From Tubiluchus corallicola (lineage: Eukaryota; Animalia; Priapulida): a stretch of 64,000 nucleotides of DNA. Location: positions 1 to 64,000 of the forward strand of contig JAQGDQ010000426.1 of assembly GCA_030141605.1 (NCBI GenBank), given 5' to 3'. Below, piece by piece: positions 53,263 to 64,000 of the stretch. The notes under the pieces were generated by a model, which was not told the origin of the DNA, did no database searches, and saw nothing but the letters and a program-made list of their open reading frames with translations. A program made the position numbers and the translations under genes. Position 1 is the first letter of the stretch. Each line of letters starts with the position of its first letter.

Positions 53263-53640
53263 CATCATCATCATCATCATCCAATGAATCACACGTCCAG
53301 TGACATGATTCTGCTCACCTCCCTATGCCAGGACTCCCTGCTTGCCGCAATGCCCCAAGTGCATTTATTTCTAAGGATCAATGCTGAAGTGTTTAAATCT
53401 TTCTGTGCAAAATCTAAATATGTTAATCTTTGTCCTCCTACAGGTTTTTTAGGTGCTTCTATGGCTTGTTGAAGAGCTATCTTCACTGAAATATCACCAG
53501 GCAGTCTAAGCATATGCCCAATCCATCTTAAACGGCATCTTATTATTTTTCTTGTCCAAGGTTCTTCTTTTATTTTTTCACATAGATCTTTGTTTGAATT
53601 TCTTTGGCCATCTAATACCCAAATGTTTAATAAAAGAATC
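53263..53640 (-). mobile_element. RTE-clade LINE 3' fragment with (GAT)n tail
   Basis: RLRWIGHMLRLP..KKPVGGQRLTY..AASRESWHREV; (CAT)n on the plus strand at ~53263-53281. Confidence 0.8.
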
Positions 53641-53954
53641 GCTAATCAGTTTTGAAGAACGGTTAAATTAATAGATAGATCTAGAACTAGAGAAAGGATA
53701 GCGAAAATAATTTCAAGCAAAACAAAGAAGCTGCAGAGCTTACAAAATTACTATTGCACAAACAGAACAAACACCACAAGAACTCGTGGAAAAATTGAAG
53801 CATTCAAACGTTTTAGAAGAAACTTTTTTGGCATTCATGCCCGAAATTAGGAACACGCTCTTGAAAATCGGAGCTCTGTTCGAAAATCGATTATTTATCT
53901 TTACGAGAGAAATATCTTGGGTCAATGAATTCATCCAGAAGTAAATTTACTGGT

Positions 53955-53985
53955 GGTCACCCATCCGTTTACTAACCGGACTAAG
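53955..53985 (-). other. Short 5S rRNA-like fragment (possible SINE3 remnant)
   Basis: GGTCACCCATCC..TACTAACCGG resembles the reverse complement of the 5S internal control region; only ~30 nt long. Confidence 0.3.
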
Positions 53986-54343
53986 CTACCAGCTGAATTT
54001 GTCTTCAGCTTTTTTGGAGTGGCAGATAGATAAATTCTTTAAAATAATTACTAAAATGTTATTAAATTGCCATTAAAAATAGCAAGCAATTGAACATTCA
54101 ATGTATTCTACAGCAAACAATGTGGCAGCGTGCCAGTCACATTGTTTGTCGCAGCTTGCATTGTCTATTCAATTGCATTGCAATGGCAATAAAGAATTTA
54201 CTTATCTACGTATGTATTTTATTATTGAAACAAAATATAAATTAAAAAATAATAAAAAATTTTTTGTAAAACCATTAAATGTAAAAAAACGTATCAAAAT
54301 TTACAGCACATCTTATTAGGCATTGCCGAACTTGCTCTAACAT

Positions 54344-55056
54344 TATAGGTTTTACACGTCAATTGCAGACACAGGAAAGTTCAAATGTGACTTAGGTAAG
54401 TCAAATGTAGACATAGGAATTTCGAATGTGTTTTGGTAACTCTAATGTGACTTAGGTAAGTCAAATGTAGATGTGGTACTTTCAATAAATAGGTAATTAA
54501 CTCATTTAAGTGCAAATTACAAAAAGATAAACCAAAGACAGTCATCACCTCTTTCATAACTTTGAAAAATGCGTTGTTTATCCACAAACAAAATTCTTTG
54601 ATAAACCAAAACGTCGGTAAAAAAGAATAAATCGGTTCCCACTTCCCAATGAACAGTGAATCACTAGTTAGTTTTTTAAGTAATGCATTAGCACTGCACT
54701 GCACTCAAGAGACATTGTTTATTTTAAGAATGTATTGTTTTCTGTAACAGTTCCAATGGTATGTAAAGTTTACAGAATATTAGTGAACCTATATCGTTGT
54801 TATTTTAACTTAAGAGCAATTATTAAATTGAAATTAAAGAAGATTAAATTTAACATCCTTAAACTTTACCACCTATCCACATTTGACTTGACATGTGTCT
54901 ACATTTGACTTACCAAAAGCGCTTAAGATTTCTTGAAAACCATTGTTAATACATTTGAACTACCTAAGTCTACATTTGAGTTACCAAGACACATTTGAAT
55001 TACCTAAATCTACATTTGAGTTAACGCAGGTCTATATTTGACATGTAAAACCTATA
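54344..55056. mobile_element. MITE with TIRs and ~20-bp subterminal repeats
   Basis: TATAGGTTTTACACGTCAA..TTGACATGTAAAACCTATA; inverted arrays of GACTTAGGTAAGTCAAATGT. Confidence 0.65.
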
Positions 55057-55827
55057 TTACTGAGTAATGCAACAGTGTAACTGACTGAACGTTGGAATTT
55101 GGAACACAGCAGCATAAAATCTGGCAAATGGGTTACATAATACCCACAGTTTTGGTCATGTTGAGCCAGACGTATATTTATGCTACATTAGCATTTCAAA
55201 GCCTCAACCGAGCACTACTTTACACCCGACATAAAAGCTAACAAATTTGAGCTTGTCGGTAAAAATACACACAGGCCCTGGCAATGACATGGTTTTCTCT
55301 CCCCTGCCTGGAAGATAATATTTTCATACAGCCCCGGTTGGATTTTCACTAACTGCAATGCGTTGCGTAACTATAGCAGAATGCGAATATTGTTTTCATA
55401 GATATGCTAGGTGTTTATCTTTATGCATCTCCGAGCTACCTGGGTGGTTTTCTCCACCTCTGAATGAGGGATTATCTCTGCATTGTATTATGATTAACAG
55501 GAAAATCTGATACAGTGTTCTGAGTGCAAACATTATAATAATTATAATCTTAACGACGCGTACTTCTTTATAATGCACTTGCTGATGCGATACCTGTCAG
55601 TACACATTGTGAACAAACATCATGGAGAGATGAAAAACGCTCAGTAGTTTCAGCTTTATGGCGATGGGCTGAAGGCTTTTCTACCGAATCACCCCAATAC
55701 CGATGCCAAATAGCTTGATAATTGGAGCCGATACAATTCGGGCCGAGCTTTGTCAAACGAAATCAATTTTAAGTCAATTAAATAATGTTTTGTAATTGTC
55801 AAAGCAAAAAAGGAGCCAATCTTATAT

Positions 55828-56770
55828 TATAGGTCAAAACAATCTACTCTTTAAAATATTGAGAAGAAACATACTATTTTTTAAGTTTTAAAGAATGCAT
55901 TACGTGAAAAAATTGTTACCACACAAACGCAATTTCGCGCCACTAATTCTTCGCTTTTATATGCGTTACGCCATTCGCAGGTACTAGCGCCTTCATTGCG
56001 GAAACGCATTGCACAAAAAACAAGAGCTGTGCCTCTCAGTTCAGATGTGTTAGTTTGTGATGAACTAGACACGTTCGACAGCTCATGCGTGAGCACAGCA
56101 GTAAATTTGAAATTTGAATTTTTATCTCAAACATGCCCAGTTTTAGAACAAACACATTGAATATCTTACAGTAGCACTGTACTTCAATTTTCGTTTTCAA
56201 AACACGTGCAACACGCTCGTGGAATATGTTTGCTGTTGAAAATTATGTTAGTCTGTGATGTCATTAATAGTTGGGCCCGCCCGCCATTAATTAGGTTTTT
56301 AATCTATTATTTCATTATCAGAAACGCTTTTGCGGTATTAATTGTGTTATATGTATACTTTTTATTGGACTTGAAAGTGGGGTAGTATATAAAAAATCAT
56401 CATCATCCTGTCTTCCTTTTATGCATCAAATTAATCGGCTTAATCAACAAGATTAGTTACTTCTGCATAAATAGCTCTAGCAACCATTGTTTCCAGTCAG
56501 CTGCTGGTATGTAATGCTACACCAGCACAAGCCAGGTCCTTGAATTGGATACATGCTGCATTTGAGGTCTTGTACACATTAGACTTGCGCCTGCCAACCT
56601 TACCTTTATGTCATGGTTTACTAACAAGATGGCAAACAGAACGTTAATTAAGTTTTTAATCTATTATTTAATTATCAGAAACGCTTTTGCAGTGTTAATT
56701 GTGTTGAAATGTATACTTTCACCAGACTTGAAAATGAGGTAGTATATGAAAAATCGTCCTGTCCCTTTAA
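55828..56770 (+). mobile_element. MITE family B with an internal templated insertion
   Basis: Homologous to 4253-4820; the right end occurs twice (~56285-56420 and ~56645-56770, the latter ending CCTGTCCCT|ttaa). Confidence 0.72.
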
Positions 56771-58347
56771 TAGTTTGTTAAAAGGTTAACTACAATGCTC
56801 GTATTTCGATGTTTGTGAAATCAGACTCTTATGAATAAGCTAGGAAGTTACTAAGTAGACCAATCGGATCTAAGCGCGGCGCTTTTGTTCGGCAAGTAAA
56901 AGAGATCTGAGTTCGATTACCAGTGAAGACTTATTTTTACGACTCACTTCATTGAAGGCTTTTAATGTCTGCAATAGATAACTTTTCAGAGATATAAAGT
57001 TATTTAGTCCTAGTATTCAGAAAATATTAGCCACTGTACAAATAATTTAACACTCAATCCTCATACCAAATTCCAAAAATAATTTCTAACGAGATTGCAA
57101 AAGTCGGTCGCCCACGCTGTAAACCATTGTTACCTGGGTATTGTCACGTGACAAAGGCTACTAATGTGGACCTCTCAGCTTCTCAAAGGAGAGAAAGGTT
57201 CTACAAAAAACACCTGACTCACAACAAATTCCACCCAACTTCACATTAAGTTATTGTTACAGGGCAAAACGGAATATAGCCCGAGTACAAGGAAACTTTA
57301 CAAAGCGGCGTTTTGCGCGGTTCACCTATCCAGTTCCATCTGTATAAACCTATTCACATTTCCATTAGATTACTTTTCTATGGCTGAATGAATGGCTCCA
57401 TTCAATGTCTCGCTCGTTTTGTTAAGTTTGGCTGGGATAAAAGCGATATTTAACAGTGGCTAAATAAGGATGTGGTTAAATGAAACTCAAAGAAAATGGA
57501 CGACCAGTCGTGACATTTTTTGTGTTGTAATTAAATCGTTCCATTTATGAAGTATACGAAAAGAAAAACTTCGTACGAATGTGCCAAAAAACGAACAAAA
57601 TATTGTAGAAAAGGAGTTTAAATATATATATTGTTATACATGTTGTGAAGCAAAAATTAATTAAGTAAGAAGGCTTAATATAATGTTTCGAAATTGACCC
57701 AGAAGTTTTCGAAAAAGGGCAAATTTCTTCTTTTAGTTTAAACCGTTTATAAGTCAAATAAAAGTCAGTCGAGAGTTAGCAGCCATCTGAAAAATGTGGA
57801 AAAAACAAAATAAAAAAGTTTGTATTACAAATGTGTTACAGAAATTATTATACAATCACTTTTAATATCTAGTTCTCTCCTGTTATAAATCAGTTTTATG
57901 CAGATTAAATTGCAACTCCATGACAAGTAAAATTAAACAACATGGCGGGCAAAGTTTTAATATAACATCGTCACAAATCAATATTATTGCTATTTTTACA
58001 AAACACTCCTGGGTACATATGACATCAACTGAAAAAGCAGGAAGCTTTTAGAATAATTTAACTGCTCTGCACACTGAACATTAAAAATATTCGTATTTAT
58101 AATATCAACTCCTGTATTTTATGTTGCAACATCCGCTATGACGCAAAACTCTGGCTTACTCGCATGTAGATGTACGTGAAATTCATTACACACGTCACAT
58201 CAAAAGTTGATCGTCTGTGTCATTAACTTTATCAAAATCAATTGGCATTTTAACTGGCGATAAGTTTACGTCAACTGTGTTTTTTTTAATAAATTAAATC
58301 AAGTACAGCCTGTGTAATTAATTTTCAGTGGCGGCTCGTGTACTAGG

Positions 58348-58820
<473 letters not shown>

Positions 58821-60487
58821 GTACTAGGTACTATGGTACTGCAGCACAACCTGTTGTCACACATTATTACCGATAATATTCGATATAATAAGTTTTTTTC
58901 TTTAGTTCTTTTTATATCTGTGCGGAACCAAAAGTCCAGAGCACGTGAGGGAAGTACAATTTGCTTCACATCCCAAACAACGTGATGTTTGCCTGTTGTG
59001 CGCATGCGTACTGTCTCCTGCACAGTAACAAGTCCCACGTGCTTACCGTGTACCATCATATTCTTAGATATGATAAAGTGTAAACATAGCGTGTGTGCTT
59101 AACACATAAATTATTTAATAATGGATTTTTTGCATCCCCAAGAATTAAGTTCTGTGAGTGTAAATGAACTACAACAGCTTAATTTTCCACTGTTGCCTCT
59201 TCATGAGAAAGTTGCAGTTAAGAAATCAGGCCGTTCAACACCTGATCTTCAAATATAATTACAACATTAAAATTACATATATTTGTTACGTTTTGCACAG
59301 AATTAAAACAATACATAAAAATTTTCTGAAGCAGCACTCCCACTAATTTTGCTACGAGCCACCACTATTTTCAGTAATACATTATTCAAAATAAATACAT
59401 TGCTCTTGAAGTTTGCACACAGTGTGTTAAACTGAAATGATAAGAACGTCCTTTAATAGTAGGAAACGCGTAAGATTACTATTAGGCTATAATACTGTGT
59501 TTTTTTTAATTTAAAGGAAAACCGGACGATTAGTTCAGAATGAAGAAGGCTCTAAAATATTGAAAACTACATTAGTATTTTTTAAATCAAAGCTTAAATT
59601 AAAAATAATTACCTCGGATACTCAAATTTTGTTAAACTTTCAAAGCTATGCGCAGCTCAGTGAATCTACTAAGATTGGCCACGACGCCTTTTTGTCACAT
59701 GCGCGTGGCTGAAAAAAGAAGACAGTACCGTGATAACCATGATCATGAACTGCAGTGTTAGTTTCTGACGTCATATGATGTAGAGCCCATTTTCGTGACA
59801 TCACGCGTTTAAGCAGGACTGTAACAGCTATGCAAACGTGCTTGACGCTCAAGGGAGACATCGCACAAACTGCGGTTGGTTTCTGACGTAAGCAATAGCT
59901 GTGTTTGGTTGCCGTTAATTAACTTTCTAAGCTAATTATTCAAATATAAGAAACAATTGCTGACCTTTATAGGCAAGAAAATGCATATTCTGTACAGCAA
60001 ATTAAAATGAGATTAAGCCTAAACAATCGTTTAAACTTCAAATTAACATTGCTACCAGTCGCTACAGAAAGCGTCTGAGTAAATTCTATGCAGAAGATTC
60101 CAGACCTATAAAGTAACCCACGCTAACTCAACTATTTACCTTTTACTCATAAAAGTTTTACGGGTGTGTGTATACATGAACCAGCCCACGAGACTTCTAT
60201 ACCAGCAATGTTAAAAAAGTGCCATTTGGAAGTCTCAAGCAAACTATAGAAAACGCTCTTCCGTTAGACGTAGCAAATTACGACGTTTCGCCGCCTTTAT
60301 TAATATTTACCTATTGTAATGTAGGCGGTACAACGTGCGGAGGAGGGTGACGACTGCTTCCCTTCTTTAAAAATCCAAATTTGTCTATTTTATGCGGCCT
60401 AAACGTTAATTAACGAAAGTATTGTTTTGTTTGACAGCATAATTATGATAAAAGAATAAAGTAATAGGAGCTCTTTCGAGTAAAAAA

Positions 60488-60595
60488 AGTAGGTAAGTAA
60501 GTTAGTGAGTGAGTGAGCGAGTGAGTAAGTGAGTGAGTGAGTGAGTGAGTTAGTGAGTGAGTGAGTGAGTGAGTGAGTGAGTGAGTGAGTAAGAG

Positions 60596-60658
<63 letters not shown>

Positions 60659-60830
60659 AAACGTTTATGAAAAATTTGTGTGTGCATTTACCTTTCTGTG
60701 TTTCTCTTTGTGTTGCTTGATTTGTATGATTATAAATCTTGAACACTTAATTATTTTACGCATTTTTTCTCTATAATCAAATATGTAAAAATGTCTGTAA
60801 GTAAGTAAGTAAGTAAAGTAAGTAAGTAAA

Positions 60831-60863
<33 letters not shown>

Positions 60864-61035
60864 AAACGTTTATGAAAAATTTGTGTGTGCATTTACCTTT
60901 CTGTGTTTCTCTTTGTGTTGCTTGATTTGTATGATTATAAATCTTGAACACTTAATTATTTTACGCATTTTTTCTCTATAATCAAATATGTAAAAATGTC
61001 TGTAAGTAAGTAAGTAAGTAAAGTAAGTAAGTAAA

Positions 61036-61068
<33 letters not shown>

Positions 61069-61455
61069 AAACGTTTATGAAAAATTTGTGTGTGCATTTA
61101 CCTTTCTGTGTTTCTCTTTGTGTTGCTTGATTTGTATGATTATAAATCTTGAACACTTAATTATTTTACGCATTTTTTCTCTATAATCAAATATGTAAAA
61201 ATGTCTGTAAGTAAGTAAGTAAGTAAAGTAAGTAACAAGGCAAGGCAAGCAAGAGCAAGGCAAGAAGTAAGCAAGGCAAGGCAAGGGCAAGGCAGCAGGG
61301 CAAGAAAGCAAGTAAGAGGCAAGGGGCAAGGCAAGGGCAAGAGTAAGTGAGTAAGGAGTGGTAAGTAAGTAAGTAAGTAAGTAAGGGGTAAGTAAGCAAG
61401 CAAGCAAGCAAGTAAGTAAGTAAGTAAGTAAGTAAGCCTGGCAAGCAAGCAAGTA
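60488..61455. repeat. (GTAA)n array containing three 205-bp-period copies of a unique segment
   Basis: Units at ~60655, ~60860 and ~61065 are the reverse complement of ~48265-48410. Confidence 0.93.
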
Positions 61456-62002
61456 GCAGTTACGTAAGTAAGAAAAAGTATTAATTTGTTTGTACTCATA
61501 TTACAGACGATTGAATGCAGTAAGTTCACATCAAAAAGTCATGATCGTTTTACTATAAAAGCCAAATATAAATAAACAAATAAGGAACATTTTACACCTT
61601 ATTTGCTGGGGTTAGGTTAATAAACATTAGTAAACGTTTAAAATATAAAATAAAAGAATAACGTTTCGATTATTTCTACAGAATCCTTTAGTAACCCCTC
61701 TAGATTTTCTTAAATTAACTATAATGTGCTTTTTGAAATTAAGAAGTGACTAAAGCTTTTGTGATTTTTCTGCTAATGTCAACAAATTTCTTATCTTGCG
61801 ATGTTTGGTTTGTTTCTGTTTCTTTCAGTCGTTTCAGGCGGTGGTGTGACGTCATACACTGACGTAGTTTTTTACGATTTTATTGCGAATTAACATTCAA
61901 TATCTAACCTAACTGCTAATATCATCAGTGTCTCATGCAATATTTTAAAATTACTGTAATTCAATTGTCACATTTTTAAAGACGTTACACGCTGGTGTAC
62001 CG

Positions 62003-62165
62003 TATGATATGATGTGATGTGATGTGATGTGATCTGATCTGGTATGGTATGATGTGATGTGATCTGATCTGATCTGGTATGATATGATATGATATGATAT
62101 GATATGATATGATATGATATGATATGATATGATATGATATGATATGATATGATATGATATGATAC
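62003..62165. repeat. (TGATA)n-type pentanucleotide microsatellite
   Basis: Directly visible. Confidence 0.96.
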
Positions 62166-63264
62166 ATACATTTATTTCACACAATACAATAATTAAACTT
62201 GTGTACAAAATTCACATTGACAAAATTGACTCTACAGTAGTACCTTAACAAGTACCTTGCCAAATTACTCAATTTAAAATAGCAAATAATGAGTTACAAT
62301 GTTCTATCCATTACGCATACAGCCTCACACTCACAAATTCAAACCGATTATTGTGATCACGTGGGTTTGGGATTTGAACCAAATACCTTTGAGATGCAAA
62401 ATCAGACGCCAAAATACAATGATTTTTCTAATAAACCATCCATCTGATTCACCTTCAGTTTCAGTTCGTATTTCTTTCAGGTTGTTTGGGTATTTGAAGA
62501 CTTAGATTTTCATCCGCCATGTTATGTCTCTGCCGGGAAATCGCATATATGTTTCCCGAAGATAAATTTAATTTTATGTGCCTATAAAATCCCCCCACCC
62601 TAAATTCTCTAGCAGTAAATACATATCGAGGTTTACTTTAAAAAGGGATAACCGCATAACCCTATCTTAACGACAATCATCAAAAAATTTCTAACAGTTT
62701 CAGTCATGTTACAAATAGATTACCAGGTTAGTGTAACATAGGTTTCTCCCCTGAGTTTTATTAACATAAAAATCATATACAATAAAACAAATTTTCGATA
62801 GTCTCAACGAAAATTTAGTCTGGAGTTTGGAAGTTTATGTGAATGTCAGATGAACCTGCAATAAATGCTGGTGTTCCGAAAGAGGAAAGAGGATCGGTCG
62901 AACAGGTGTATAGAGTTAAACTTGTTTACCTGACGAATTTCGCTCAAGCTTTACTCAGAGCTGATTATAAGAGACCAGCAAATATACCTTCTGTTCTACA
63001 AGCAGTAAGAGCTGATAGGCAGTGGTGTATATTACTTAGCACGTTCTGTTTGCCATCTTGTTAGTAAACCATGACATAAAGGTAAGGTTGGCAGGCGCAA
63101 GTCTAATGTGTACAAGACCTCAAATGCAGCATGTATCCAATTCAAGGACCTGGCTTGTGCTGGTGTAGTATTACATACCAGCAGCTGACTGGAAACAATG
63201 GTTAGTAGAGCTATTTATGCAGAAGTAACTAATCTTGTTGATTAAGCCGATTAATTTGATGCAT

Positions 63265-63858
63265 TAAAGGAAGACAGGACGATTTTTCATACACTACCAC
63301 ACTTTCAAGTCCAATAAAAAGTATACATATAACACAATTAATACAGCAAAAGCGTTTCTGATAATCAAATAATAGATTAAAAACCTAATTAACGGCGGGC
63401 GAGCCAACTATTGGTGACATCACAAACTAACATAATTTTCAACAAGAAAAATATTCCACGAGCGTGTTGCACGTGTTTGCGAAACCGAAAATTGAAGTAC
63501 AGTGCTACTGTAAGATATTCAGTGTGTTGTACTAAAACTAGGCATGTTTTAAGATAAACATTCAAATTTCAAATTTACCTCTGTGTTCACGTGTGACCTG
63601 CCGAACGTGTGTAGTTCGTCACAAACTAACACGTCTAGACTGAGAGGTACAGCACCTGTTTTTATACAATGAGTTTACGAAATGCAGGCGCTAGTGCCCG
63701 TCTAACTAGCATTTCTAAATGCGCGTAACAGCGAAGAACTAGTGGCGCAAATGTGAAATTGTGTTTGTGTGGTTATACTTCTTTCACATAAGTCATTTTT
63801 GAAAGAATAGTAGGTTTCCTTTCAACATCTTAAAGAGTAGATTGTTTTGACAGTTTAA
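63265..63858 (-). mobile_element. MITE family B, inverted copy
   Basis: ttaa|AGGAAGACAGGACG..GATTGTTTTGACAGT|ttaa; reverse-complement match to 55828-56420. Confidence 0.72.
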
Positions 63859-64000
63859 GATTGGACCCGGTTTTGCTTTAAGTCTGCCTTAAGTCTTTTG
63901 CGAGCATCGAAAGCGCTCAGTGAAAAGGATTTTTATTACCAGCACTAGAATTATTCATCCCTTACGCAATCTCTAAAATTGTACGATTCTGTAAAATAGT

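Overview
AT-rich, microsatellite- and transposon-laden eukaryotic DNA. The protein matches suggest an arthropod, probably a non-insect one; that assignment is inference. Hand-splicing at GT..AG sites gives five genes for secreted proteins, most of them only fragmentary in the ORF track: (1) the last two coding exons of a prohormone-3/ITG-like precursor (+, 2232-5525); (2) an unrecognised cysteine-rich secreted protein of 183-188 aa (-, 11309-17054) with a decayed APE-RT LINE in its first intron; (3-4) a head-to-tail ~8 kb tandem duplication carrying two intact 5-exon genes (-, 19263-24377 and 27570-32345; 321 and 317 aa); (5) hedgehog exons 2-3 (-, 43727-49563; exon 1 not found in the window). 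The duplicated genes have a signal peptide, four predicted amphipathic helices, intron phases 1-0-0-0 and a TATA promoter with NF-kB, C/EBP-ATF and CRE-like motifs. These features suggest long-chain class-I helical cytokines (IL-6/G-CSF/Unpaired-like), and they are the top candidate for something undescribed. The window also holds an internally deleted RTE retroelement starting with a twister-ribozyme core, pogo, hAT, Harbinger and TTAA-flanked MITEs, Helitron-like repeats, minisatellites and several templated-insertion scars. All homology calls come from motif recognition by eye, not database searches.
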